Assembly: GCA_043826355.1 (NCBI GenBank)
Contig: JBDRQI010000036.1
Coordinates: 32,001 to 96,000, forward strand
From: Candidatus Omnitrophota bacterium
GTDB lineage: Bacteria; Ratteibacteria; UBA8468; MWAK01
Length of the DNA stretch: 64,000 nucleotides
Direction of reading: 5' to 3'
Part shown: one piece after another, positions 27,024 to 36,291 of the stretch
Numbering within the stretch: the first letter of the stretch is position 1
Layout: each line of letters opens with the position of its first letter
Translations under genes and position numbers: made by a program
Notes under the pieces: model-generated
The model's database searches: none
Seen by the model: only the letters and a program-made list of their open reading frames with translations
Told to the model about the DNA's origin: nothing

Positions 27024-28208
27024 ATGAATAAAAAAGAAGTAATTGTTCCCATCGGACCTTACCACCCGCTCCTGGAAGAGCCGGAGTTTTTCAAGCTCTT
27101 CGTAGAGGGTGAAAAGGTCGTTGACATTGACTGGCTGGCCGGAATGAACCACCGGGGCATAGAGAAGATTTCGGAGGGAAAGAGTTACGACCAGGTTCCT
27201 TTTCTGGTAGAGCGTATTTGCGGAATTTGTTCCACCAGTCATCCCCTTGCCTTCGTCAACGCGGTGGAAAATATTGTCAACCTGGAAATTCCGGAACGCG
27301 CCAGATACATCCGCACCTTTGTGGCGGAAATGGAACGCATCCACAGCCATTTACTCTGGGTTGGACTGGCTGGCCATTTTCTGGGTTACAACACGGTTTT
27401 TATGTGGGCCTGGAAATGGCGGGAACCGGTCCTGGATATAATGGAACTGACAACCGGCAACCGCAATAATTATGCGATGATGTGCCCGGGCGGGGTGCGC
27501 CGGGATATGTTTGAAGAAGATTTTCCTTTTATCCAATCAAAACTGGATGATGTAAAAACCAAAGTGAATATGCTGGCGGCGGCGGTTCCGGATGACCCGG
27601 TCCTTATGGCCCGGCTCAAAGGAGTGGGCATACTGACCGCAGAAGACATCCATAATTACGGCGCGGTCGGTCCGGTGGCGCGGGCAAGCGGCGTAGCCAT
27701 TGACGTGCGCCGGGACGACCCTTACGCGGCATACGACCAGGTTGACTGGGAGGTAGTCACGGAACCGGACGGCGACCTGCTGGCGCGCACCAAAGTCCGG
27801 CTTCTGGAAATTTTACAGGCGGTAAAGATATCGGAACAGTGCCTGGCCCGTCTTAAGGATACTAAAGGCGCTATCATGACGAAAATCAGGGAGATACCGG
27901 CCGGCGAAGGCATCGGTCACTGCGAAGCGCCCCGGGGCGAATGCTTCCATTACATCCGCAGCGACGGCACCAATCGTCCCATCCGGCACAAGATACGCGC
28001 GCCCAGCTACACCTGCATCCCGACTTTTGAAAAATCCGTGGTGGGCGGTCAGATTGCCGATGCCCTGATTTGCCTGGCCGGCGTTGACCCCTGTTACTGC
28101 TGTACCGAACGTCTCTCCGCGGTCGCGGAGGACGGAAAGACCCTGGACGGAGAGACCCTGCTGCGCCTTTCCGTGGAAAAGACGCAGAAATTGAAACAAA
28201 AAATGTAG
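27024..28208 (+). CDS. Group 4 [NiFe]-hydrogenase large subunit
   Basis: IGPYHP, HRGIEK, L1 ERICGIC, EAPRGE, L2 DPCYCCTER plus C-terminal extension. Confidence 0.95.
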   Translation: MNKKEVIVPIGPYHPLLEEPEFFKLFVEGEKVVDIDWLAGMNHRGIEKISEGKSYDQVPFLVERICGICSTSHPLAFVNAVENIVNLEIPERARYIRTFVAEMERIHSHLLWVGLAGHFLGYNTVFMWAWKWREPVLDIMELTTGNRNNYAMMCPGGVRRDMFEEDFPFIQSKLDDVKTKVNMLAAAVPDDPVLMARLKGVGILTAEDIHNYGAVGPVARASGVAIDVRRDDPYAAYDQVDWEVVTEPDGDLLARTKVRLLEILQAVKISEQCLARLKDTKGAIMTKIREIPAGEGIGHCEAPRGECFHYIRSDGTNRPIRHKIRAPSYTCIPTFEKSVVGGQIADALICLAGVDPCYCCTERLSAVAEDGKTLDGETLLRLSVEKTQKLKQKM

Positions 28209-28287
28209 GCCGGGGTTATAACCCCGCCCGCGGGCCCCGTAGAGTGAAGTCACTCAACGGGGCGGGTCGGATAAATCCGACCCTTAC
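28205..28287. repeat. GTAG-type REP doublet with nested hairpin; supplies the large-subunit TAG stop
   Basis: GTAGGCCGGGGTTATAACCCCG..., nested CCCCGTAGAGTGAAGTCACTCAACGGGG, then GGGTCGGATAAATCCGACCCTTAC. Confidence 0.8.
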
Positions 28288-28297
28288 GAAAACATAA

Positions 28298-29518
28298 ATG
28301 CACACGTTAACTTTTACTTTATTCGGCGAAACTCTGAAATTTTCAAGCGACCCCATCGCCCTGTTCTTCGCGTTATTTTCCACGATGGTGGGATTCTTGA
28401 TATTTCTCTACTCGCTGCCTTACACTAAAGGAAAAGCGCACCGGGCCGAATTCTACAGTTACCTCTGTCTCTTCTGGGTCGGGATGCTCGGCCTGGTCTT
28501 TTCCGGGCACCTCATCCTGTTTTACCTTTTCTGGGAAGTAACCGCGCTCTCCTCCTGGCGGCTGATCGGTTTTTACCGGAAACCCGAAGACATCAAGGCC
28601 GCGAACAACGCTCTCCTGGTGACCTTCGGCGGTTCCTCCCTGATGCTCCTGGCCTTTATCCTTATCTACCTTCAGACCGGTACCTTTGACCTTGGGAGCC
28701 TCAGCGGTTTCCGTTTGAATAATTCTATTTACCTTCTCATCCTGGCCGGCATCTTGAGCAAGAGCGCCATCTTTCCTTTCAACGAATGGCTGCCGGCCGC
28801 CGGCATAGCCGCCGCTCCGGTCACCGCCTTCCTGCATGCGGCGGTGTTAGTTAAAATCGGGCTTTACGCCTTCATCCGTTTATTTTATACCGCATTTGTG
28901 CCGCCGCCGGCCGCCGCCTATCTTCCTTTTCTCTTTATCGTCAGCTGCCTGGTAACCGGATTCGCCGCTCTGCGTGAAGATGATTTCAAGCGGCTCCTGG
29001 CTTATTCCACCATTAGCCAGTTATCGCTCATCTATTTTAGTTTGTCGCTCTTTACCGCGGTCGGCCTGACCGGAGCCGTCGCCTTTATCCTGGCCCACGC
29101 CTTCGGAAAATCCGGACTCTTCCTGACCGCCGGCGTCATCGAACATGAAACCGGAGAACGCAACATCCGGAAGATGGGCGGCTATTTTAAATCCCAGCCG
29201 TTGCTTTCCGTCCTCTTCCTGTTATCCGCTTTTTCGGTAATCGGAATTCCGCCCTTCCTCGGTTTCTGGGGAAAGGTAATGCTTATCGCGTCACCTTTTG
29301 CGGCCGGCAATTTAGTCCTGGGCTTTTTGGGAATATTAGCCGGTGGCCTTACCCTCATCTATCTCTTGCGCGCTTTCCACCATGTCTTTCTGGGCAAAGA
29401 GAACCTGCCGTTCCTGCGCCCGGTCCCAAAATTATTTTACGTCTCGATCTCGGCCCTGGCATTTTTTTCGTTACTGTTTGGCCTGTGGCCAAATTTGATT
29501 TTATATTTATTCAGGTAG
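28298..29518 (+). CDS. Antiporter-like membrane subunit 1 (MrpA/MrpD/NuoL family)
   Basis: FWEV..LSSWRLIGF, KSAIFPFNEWLP, LAYSTISQ, HAFGKSGLF. Confidence 0.9.
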   Translation: MHTLTFTLFGETLKFSSDPIALFFALFSTMVGFLIFLYSLPYTKGKAHRAEFYSYLCLFWVGMLGLVFSGHLILFYLFWEVTALSSWRLIGFYRKPEDIKAANNALLVTFGGSSLMLLAFILIYLQTGTFDLGSLSGFRLNNSIYLLILAGILSKSAIFPFNEWLPAAGIAAAPVTAFLHAAVLVKIGLYAFIRLFYTAFVPPPAAAYLPFLFIVSCLVTGFAALREDDFKRLLAYSTISQLSLIYFSLSLFTAVGLTGAVAFILAHAFGKSGLFLTAGVIEHETGERNIRKMGGYFKSQPLLSVLFLLSAFSVIGIPPFLGFWGKVMLIASPFAAGNLVLGFLGILAGGLTLIYLLRAFHHVFLGKENLPFLRPVPKLFYVSISALAFFSLLFGLWPNLILYLFR

Positions 29519-29586
29519 GGGCTTTATTTATCAAGCCCGCGGGTCGGATGTCGTAGATCCGCCTCAGGCGGGAATGCGACCCCTGC
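29515..29586. repeat. GTAG-type REP doublet with nested insert; supplies a TAG stop
   Basis: Near-identical copy at 48757-48827. Confidence 0.8.
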
Positions 29587-29605
29587 ACAATAATTTAACC
29601 AAATT

Positions 29606-31438
29606 ATGCTTCTATTATTCGGTCCTTTTGCCGCCGGTTTTCTGTCTGCCGTATTACCCGGACGGACAATAAAAAAGGTTCTTGCCCTATTGGGAAGCCT
29701 TGCCGCCTTCTTAGGGCCCGTCATTTTCGGAAATATGTCCCGGCCGCTGTTTTCGGTTTCGGTTCTCGGCACCGATTTTACTTTCCTGATCAACCCCGAC
29801 AACCTCTCCCTGATCTTTGCAACCCTGATCGGCCTGCTTGCCTTCCTGGCCACCCTCTTCTCTTTTAATTACGTAAAAGAAAGGGAAGGATACTATTACG
29901 GATTCCTCCTTACTTTTGTCGGAGCCATGGAAGGCGCGGTCCTGGCCGGAAATTTCCTGACGCTCTTCTTCTTCTGGGAATTGATGACCGCCGCCTCCTA
30001 CTTTTTAATAATTTTTGACGGCACCAGAGAATCGGAAAACGCCGGTAAAAAATATTTCCTGATGACCGGGCTCCTCTCTCTCCTGATGCTCTTCTCCATC
30101 TTCGGTCTCCGATTTATGGCCCCGGGCAGCCGGTTTGACTACAATCTTTTCGTCCTGGCGTTTTTGCTGGCCGCCGGCGTCAAGGCCGGTATCGTCCCGC
30201 TCCACTCCTGGCTGCCGGAAGCGCACCCGGCTGCGCCCTCGCCGGTTTCCGCGCTCCTTTCCGGCGTGATGATCAAGATCGGCATTTATCTTTTAATCCG
30301 GATTATCTACCCGCTCCTGATGCCCGGCCCCAACTGGCTCTTTGTCATTTCATTCCTGGGAGCCGTCACCATTCTCATCGGCGTCATCAACGCACTTGCC
30401 CAACACGACTTCAAACGGCTCCTGGCATTCCACTCCATCAGCCAGGTCGGCTATATCCTGCTGGGTATCGGCTGCGGAACCGGCCTCGGCCTGGCCGGCG
30501 GGATCTTCCACGTCATCAACCACGCCCTCTTTAAAGGCTTGCTCTTCCTGATAAGCGGCGTCATCCTTACCATTTACGGAACCAGGGACCTGGATAAAAT
30601 ATCCGGCCTCTTCCGGAAACTGCCCTTAACCTTTGCGGCCTGCCTGGTCGCCTCCTTATCCATCTCCGGCATGCCTCCCTTTAACGGCTTTGCGTCAAAG
30701 TGGATTATCTACCAGGCCTTAATCGCCCAAGCAACGCCGGCCGCCTATTTCTTCCTTGTGGCCGCTATGTTCGGCAGCGCCCTTACCCTGGCCTCTTTCC
30801 TGAAGGTACTGGCCGGGCTCTTCTTCGGAAATTTCCGGGCGCCGGCCAATCTTGTCTCCGAAAAGATAGAGCGCGGCCTTCCGTTCGGGTTACCATTAAC
30901 CATCCTTTCCCTGCTCTGCATCACCCTGGGTGTCTGGCCGAATTTGGTCCTGAATCCGTTCATACTTCCGATGGTAGAAGATATCTTTGGCCCAACAACC
31001 CTGCCGGGCCTCTACTCGTCTTCCCTGGCCACCGGCCTGCTGGTCATCGCCCTGCTCCTGGGACTTCTGCTCTTCTTCCTGCTCTCTTTCCGGGTGCGCC
31101 GGACCGAAACCTATATCGGCGGAAATGATGTTACCGCCGAAATGGCCTATCCGGCAACCCATTTCTATAAAACGATTGAAGACGGCCCCCTGGCCGGATA
31201 TTACCGACGGGAAACAAACGGTTCTTTTGATTTGTACTTTATCGGCGCCGGAATTAAAGAAATCGCTTCAAATATCTTTGCCGGCCTGACGGCGGCCGGC
31301 AGCGGCCTGGCCTGGCCCGTCCTGAAAGCGCTGAAAGAAGCAAAGGAATTCTTCCGGGAAGTGCATAACGGATTGTTGCAGCGCTACATCCTGTGGCTCT
31401 TTGTCGGACTCTTAATTTTCCTTTTTATTTTCTGGTGA
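29606..31438 (+). CDS. Antiporter-like membrane subunit 2 (HyfB/MrpA-like)
   Basis: FWELM, KAGIVPLHSWLPEAHP, LAFHSISQVGY, NHALFK, PPFNGFASKW, C-terminal HNG. Confidence 0.9.
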   Translation: MLLLFGPFAAGFLSAVLPGRTIKKVLALLGSLAAFLGPVIFGNMSRPLFSVSVLGTDFTFLINPDNLSLIFATLIGLLAFLATLFSFNYVKEREGYYYGFLLTFVGAMEGAVLAGNFLTLFFFWELMTAASYFLIIFDGTRESENAGKKYFLMTGLLSLLMLFSIFGLRFMAPGSRFDYNLFVLAFLLAAGVKAGIVPLHSWLPEAHPAAPSPVSALLSGVMIKIGIYLLIRIIYPLLMPGPNWLFVISFLGAVTILIGVINALAQHDFKRLLAFHSISQVGYILLGIGCGTGLGLAGGIFHVINHALFKGLLFLISGVILTIYGTRDLDKISGLFRKLPLTFAACLVASLSISGMPPFNGFASKWIIYQALIAQATPAAYFFLVAAMFGSALTLASFLKVLAGLFFGNFRAPANLVSEKIERGLPFGLPLTILSLLCITLGVWPNLVLNPFILPMVEDIFGPTTLPGLYSSSLATGLLVIALLLGLLLFFLLSFRVRRTETYIGGNDVTAEMAYPATHFYKTIEDGPLAGYYRRETNGSFDLYFIGAGIKEIASNIFAGLTAAGSGLAWPVLKALKEAKEFFREVHNGLLQRYILWLFVGLLIFLFIFW

Positions 31439-31439
31439 T

Positions 31440-31952
31440 ATGAATACATTCTTTATAGTCCTGACTATTTTTATGATTGCCGCTGCCCTGGTGGCGGTCT
31501 TCACCCGTTGGCTCATCTCTTCGGTTGTGGCGGTGGGCGCGGTGGGCTTCCTGGTGGCAATCGCCTTTCTCCTGATGGGCGCCCCGGACCTGGCCATTAC
31601 CCAGGTCGTGGTGGAAATCATCAGTTTGGTAATCCTGGTCCGGGCAACCGTCAACCGGGATACCACGGTCAGTAACTACCGGGCGGAAATTTTCGCCTTC
31701 GGGGCGATGGCCGTAATTACCGCGGCGCTCCTGGTCTTTTCCACGGCAACCCTGATAGCCATCCATCCGTTCGGAGAGGCCTCCCTGCCGGTGGCGCAGC
31801 ATTATCTGGATAACGCGCTGAAAGAGACCGGAGCGGCCAATGTCGTAACCGGCGTAATCCTGGATTACCGCGCCTACGACACCCTGGGCGAGGCAACCGT
31901 AATCTTCGTCGCAATCGTGGGCGCCTTGGCCCTTTTAAGAAAGAAGAGGTAA
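31440..31952 (+). CDS. MbhD+MbhE-like fusion (MrpA C-terminal/MrpB-related)
   Basis: APDLAITQ; ETGAANVVTGVILDYRAYDTLGE. Confidence 0.88.
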   Translation: MNTFFIVLTIFMIAAALVAVFTRWLISSVVAVGAVGFLVAIAFLLMGAPDLAITQVVVEIISLVILVRATVNRDTTVSNYRAEIFAFGAMAVITAALLVFSTATLIAIHPFGEASLPVAQHYLDNALKETGAANVVTGVILDYRAYDTLGEATVIFVAIVGALALLRKKR

Positions 31953-31955
31953 AAT

Positions 31956-32456
31956 ATGCCTGACCTGTTCAATAATGATGCGGGAATGGACGAAATTATC
32001 AAATCCATCAGCCGCCTGATGCTTCCGTTCATCATTACCTTCGGCGGTTATATTATCTTTTTCGGCCATCTCACGCCGGGCGGCGGGTTCTCCGGCGGCG
32101 TAATCCTGGCCTCCGCCTTTCTCCTGATAACGCTCTCTTTCGGAAAGAATTTTATCCGGCGGAAGATAACCGAGTCCAACACGCACCTGCTGGACAGTTT
32201 CGGCGCACTCCTCTTTGCCCTGCTGGCCATCGCCGGTTTCGCCGCCGGTTATTTCTTCAAAAATACCCTGCCGGCCGGCGCTCCGTACACTTTGAGCAGC
32301 GGCGGTCAGATACCGCTGCTCAATTTCGCCATCGGCGTTAAGGTGGCGGCCGGCCTCTTCGGGGTCTTTCTGACCCTTTCCATGGTGCGGGTCCGCCGAA
32401 AAGGAAAAGAGCGCCAGTACTTCTTTTCCGACGAAACAACCGGGGAGAAAAAATAA
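31956..32456 (+). CDS. MrpB/MbhF-like subunit
   Basis: GHLTPGGGFSGG, IPLLNFAIGVKV. Confidence 0.9.
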   Translation: MPDLFNNDAGMDEIIKSISRLMLPFIITFGGYIIFFGHLTPGGGFSGGVILASAFLLITLSFGKNFIRRKITESNTHLLDSFGALLFALLAIAGFAAGYFFKNTLPAGAPYTLSSGGQIPLLNFAIGVKVAAGLFGVFLTLSMVRVRRKGKERQYFFSDETTGEKK

Positions 32457-32815
32457 TGGAAGCAAAGTTGCTCTATTTCCTCGTCATGGTTCTTTTCAGC
32501 GTCGGCCTTTTTGCCGTCTTTGCCATGAAAAACCTGATTAAGATTATCATCGGGATAGCCATCATGGGTTACGCCGTCAATCTCTTCTTTGTCCTGCTCG
32601 GATACCGCAAGGGCGGCCTGGCGCCGATTATGGACGCAAAGATGGACCCGCTCTTCTTCAGCCGGAACGCGGTCGACCCCCTGCCCCAGGCCCTGGTCCT
32701 TACCTCCATCGTCATCGGCCTGGCGCTGACGGCCCTGCTGACCGCTTTCGTCCTGCGCCTCTACGAAAAGTACGGGACGTTTGACGTCACTAAAATTCGG
32801 AGATTAAAGGGATGA
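32456..32815 (+). CDS. MrpC/MbhG-like subunit
   Basis: NLIKIIIG, DPLPQALVLTSIVIG. Confidence 0.93.
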   Translation: MEAKLLYFLVMVLFSVGLFAVFAMKNLIKIIIGIAIMGYAVNLFFVLLGYRKGGLAPIMDAKMDPLFFSRNAVDPLPQALVLTSIVIGLALTALLTAFVLRLYEKYGTFDVTKIRRLKG

Positions 32816-34344
32816 CAAACTTCCTTCTGCCGCTCCTGGTCGTCTTGCCCCTCTGCGGGGCGTTCCTGGTAATCCTGATACCGGACAAGAGGTACCGGAC
32901 AGCCGATTTCCTGACCCCGGCAGTCACCTTCGGACTGTTGATAATTGCAATCCAATTGGAACTGAGCGTAACCGGCGCCGGTACGCAAATCTATCAGGTC
33001 GGCGGCTGGCCCCCGCCCATCGGAATCTTCCTGAACCTTGACCCGCTTTCGGGCCTGGTTCTGGTCGCGGTCAATATCCTGGGCTTTGCCGCCGCCATCT
33101 ACGGCCTGGACTACCTCCGCCACTATTCCGCCGCAAACAGATTCCAGTCTCTCTTTCTCATCCTGATGGCCGGGATGAACGGCGTAATCATATCCGGCGA
33201 CATCTTCAACATCTACGTCTTTCTGGAGATAACCAGCATCGCCTCGTACGCCCTGGTTGCGTTCGGCATCAAGGCGGAAGAACTTGAAGCCGGCTTTAAG
33301 TACGCGGTGATGGGCATCATCGGCTCTTCCTTTATTCTGCTGGGAATCGCTCTCATCTACGGCCTCTTCGGAACGTTGAATTTGGCGCATCTCCAGAGCC
33401 TGGCGGCCCAGAACCGGGTCTCCGGACTGGGCGCGGTCTTCGGCCTCCTGCTGACCGGTTTTATGCTCAAAGCGGCCGCGGTACCTTTTCACACCTGGCT
33501 GCCGGATGCGCACTCCTCGGCCCCAGCCTCAATCTCCGCGCTCCTTTCCGGAGCCGTGGTAAAGGTGTTGGGCGTCTACCTGGCCGTGCGCATCTTCTTC
33601 TCCGTCTTCTACGCGCCGGCCCAGGATTCCTTCCTGATTATTTTGCGTTTATGCGGCGGACTATCAATGGTTCTGGGTGCGGTTATGGCGCTGGCCCAGA
33701 AAGACCTGAAACGCATCTTTGCCTATTCCACCATCAGCCAGGTCGGATATATTCTCCTGGCTTTCGGGCTGGGCACCCCCCTGGGAATCGCGGCCGGTTC
33801 CTTCCATCTCCTGAACCATGCCATCTCCAAGAGCCTCCTCTTCTTTAATGCAGGCGCGGTGGAAGAACAGACCGGCAGCCGGGACGTGGAAACTTTACGG
33901 GGCCTGAGCGAAACGATGCCTCAGACCGCGGCCCTGGGTACGGTCGGCATCCTCTCCACCGCCGGAATACCGCCGTTTGCCGGGTTCTGGAGCAAACTGC
34001 TCATCATCACCGCTGCTTTCCAGGCCGGTTTCTTCGGATACGGTACCGCGGCCCTGTTGACCGCCGTGCTGACCCTCTCTTATTTCGTGATTTTACAACA
34101 GCGCATCTTCTGGGAAAAACCGAAAGATATGCCGGAACAAAAAAAGGCGGAAACCGGTCCTTTTATGCGGACGGCGATGCTTATCCTGGCCTTGATAGCC
34201 ATCTTCGGCGGCATCCTCTTTACGCCCAACCTCCGCAACCGGTTCTTTGATTCGGTAAGCCGGGCCATCTTAATCAACCCGGCTGTGGACACAACAGGGC
34301 AGGCGTCTCGCCTGCCATCAGATGCAGGAGGTACCCAAGAATGA
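32812..34344 (+). CDS. MrpD/MbhH-like antiporter subunit 3
   Basis: GGWPPPIGI, GDIFNIYVFLEI, KAAAVPFHTWLPDAH, PPFAGFWSK. Confidence 0.93.
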   Translation: MTNFLLPLLVVLPLCGAFLVILIPDKRYRTADFLTPAVTFGLLIIAIQLELSVTGAGTQIYQVGGWPPPIGIFLNLDPLSGLVLVAVNILGFAAAIYGLDYLRHYSAANRFQSLFLILMAGMNGVIISGDIFNIYVFLEITSIASYALVAFGIKAEELEAGFKYAVMGIIGSSFILLGIALIYGLFGTLNLAHLQSLAAQNRVSGLGAVFGLLLTGFMLKAAAVPFHTWLPDAHSSAPASISALLSGAVVKVLGVYLAVRIFFSVFYAPAQDSFLIILRLCGGLSMVLGAVMALAQKDLKRIFAYSTISQVGYILLAFGLGTPLGIAAGSFHLLNHAISKSLLFFNAGAVEEQTGSRDVETLRGLSETMPQTAALGTVGILSTAGIPPFAGFWSKLLIITAAFQAGFFGYGTAALLTAVLTLSYFVILQQRIFWEKPKDMPEQKKAETGPFMRTAMLILALIAIFGGILFTPNLRNRFFDSVSRAILINPAVDTTGQASRLPSDAGGTQE

Positions 34345-34826
34345 ACCGCGCCACAACCTTCATTTTAAGTTTTGCCCTCTGGCTCCTCCTGACCTGGACC
34401 TTTGACCCGGTTACGGTTCTCCTCGGTCTGGGCATGGCCGGAGTCACCTCTTTCATCCTGGCCGATGATTTCCGGGGAAAACCGCACAAGTTCTGGCAGC
34501 CGCGGCGCTACGGATACTTCCTGCGCTATATCCCGTTTTTCGCCTACGAATTAGCCAGGGCAAACTTTTTGATGGCTTACCGGATTCTTTCTCCGAAACT
34601 TCCCATCAAGCCGGGGCTCGTCAAGGCCCGGACCGGACTGAAGAGCCACACCGGAAGGGCTTTCCTGGCCAATTCCATCACCCTGACACCCGGCACGATG
34701 ACCGTGGATATGCAAGAGGACACACTCTATATCCACTGGATCTACACGCCGACCACCGACGAAAAAGAGGTCACCCGGAAGATTCCCGGTCCCTTTGAAA
34801 AATATCTCCAGGAGGTTTTTGAATGA
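34341..34826 (+). CDS. MrpE/MbhA-like subunit
   Basis: LANSITLTPGT, LYIHW. Confidence 0.93.
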   Translation: MNRATTFILSFALWLLLTWTFDPVTVLLGLGMAGVTSFILADDFRGKPHKFWQPRRYGYFLRYIPFFAYELARANFLMAYRILSPKLPIKPGLVKARTGLKSHTGRAFLANSITLTPGTMTVDMQEDTLYIHWIYTPTTDEKEVTRKIPGPFEKYLQEVFE

Positions 34827-35077
34827 TTCTTCTCTATTTCCTGATGCTGGTCTCCGTCCTGCTCTGCCTGGTGCGCGTCGCCCTGGGACCGACCGCGGCC
34901 GACCGGATAATGGCTATCGATATCCTGGGAATCGTTATCGTCTCGTTTTGCGCTTTCTTAACCTTCCAGACCGGCCGCAGCTGGTATCTGGATATCGCCA
35001 TCTCCTGGTCTTTGCTGAACTTCATCGGCACCATCACCCTGGCCAAATACCTGGAAGGAAGGGGGCTTGACGAATGA
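34823..35077 (+). CDS. MrpF/MbhB-like subunit
   Basis: GPTAADRIMAID, LDIA, FIGT..LAKYL. Confidence 0.92.
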   Translation: MILLYFLMLVSVLLCLVRVALGPTAADRIMAIDILGIVIVSFCAFLTFQTGRSWYLDIAISWSLLNFIGTITLAKYLEGRGLDE

Positions 35078-35463
35078 ACATCCTGGCCTATATCTGTTTC
35101 GGAATCGGGGTCTTCTTCAACTTCGTGGGATGCATCGGGCTTATCCGGATGCCCGACCTCTACTGCCGTCTTCAGGCCTCCACCAAGAACGTGACCTTCG
35201 GCATCGGCTGGATATTCCTGGGCCTGATACTGGGCACGCATACCCTGCCGGTAGCCGTAAAATCCATCCTCTGCGTCTCGTTCATCTTCTTCACCGCCCC
35301 GACCGCCGCCCACGCGCTTGCCCGGGCGGCCCACCTGGCCGGCGTCAAACTCTGGAAAGGAAGCATCAAGGACTCCCTGGAAGAAGATTTCGGCACCAAA
35401 GAAAGCCGCTACCGCGAACGCCTGGAGAAGTACGTCTATCACGACGAGGAGACCGAAGAATAA
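35074..35463 (+). CDS. MrpG/MbhC-like subunit
   Basis: GLIRMPDLYCRLQASTK, TAPTAAHALARAA. Confidence 0.92.
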   Translation: MNILAYICFGIGVFFNFVGCIGLIRMPDLYCRLQASTKNVTFGIGWIFLGLILGTHTLPVAVKSILCVSFIFFTAPTAAHALARAAHLAGVKLWKGSIKDSLEEDFGTKESRYRERLEKYVYHDEETEE

Positions 35464-35524
35464 ATTACAAAAAATGTAGGGGCGGGGTTGCATCCCCGCC
35501 CGCATCCATAAAAAAGGAAAATCT

Positions 35525-36142
35525 ATGCGATACCCTAAATTACGAGAATTAAAAGAGGCCTTGACCTCTCTATTTTCCAAACCTTTTACCAACGGATACC
35601 CTTTTCGGCCCCATTACCCGGAGAAACGTTTCCGGGGCAAGCCGGAATATCACAAGGAATACTGCGTCGGCTGCACCGCCTGCGCCCAGGTCTGCCCCTC
35701 CAACTGCATTGAATGGGTTGATGACGTCGCCGGCAACCCGCCGGTCCGGCGCTTTATCCTCCGCTACGATACGTGCATTATGTGCGGCCAGTGCCAGGCA
35801 AACTGCATCACGGAAAAAGGGATTCAACTATCCAAAATTTTTGAACTGGCCGGGTTTGACCGCAAGAAGATGATTGAAACGCAGGAAAATGAATTATTGC
35901 TCTGCGAAGACTGCGGCGAGGTGGCCGGCACCAAAGACCACATCCGTTTCGTCCGGGAGAAGATCGGCGCCCTCTCTCTGGCCGGAGAAAACGGCCTGCT
36001 CCTTCTTCAGGAAGAACTGAACCTCACTCCCGGCCTCAAAGGAAAGATAGACCTGCCCCTGAAACGCAATGACCTCTTCCGGGTACTCTGCCCCAAGTGC
36101 CGCCGCGACCTGAACCTGACCGACGAGTGGAACCTGAAATAA
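35525..36142 (+). CDS. NuoI/MbhN-like 2x[4Fe-4S] subunit with extra CxxC pairs
   Basis: RFRGKP, CVGCTACAQVCP, CIMCGQCQANC, CEDC...CPKC. Confidence 0.9.
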   Translation: MRYPKLRELKEALTSLFSKPFTNGYPFRPHYPEKRFRGKPEYHKEYCVGCTACAQVCPSNCIEWVDDVAGNPPVRRFILRYDTCIMCGQCQANCITEKGIQLSKIFELAGFDRKKMIETQENELLLCEDCGEVAGTKDHIRFVREKIGALSLAGENGLLLLQEELNLTPGLKGKIDLPLKRNDLFRVLCPKCRRDLNLTDEWNLK

Positions 36143-36145
36143 ACT

Positions 36146-36283
36146 TGTCATTCCAAACATAAAATGTAGGGGGGAGGGGTTACACCCCCTCCCATTGTCA
36201 TTCTGAACGCAGTGAAGAACCTCCTCTTTGTCGTTCCTGCAAAAAAAACATATGTCATTCCCGCATGTGGTAAGCGGGAATCC
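36146..36283. repeat. Mixed cluster of GTAG- and GTCA-type palindromes at the operon end
   Basis: GTAGGGGGGAGGGGTTACACCCCCTCCC; GTCATTCTGAACGCAGTGAAGAACCT; GTCATTCCCGCATGTGGTAAGCGGGAATCC. Confidence 0.75.
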
Positions 36284-36291
36284 TCCTAAAT

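Noticed and set aside
25019..36142. Complex I (nuo) or non-hydrogenase Mbx/Ehr complex
   Set aside because: The large subunit keeps both CxxC nickel motifs and a cleavable tail, and a maturation protease and hyp genes are present.
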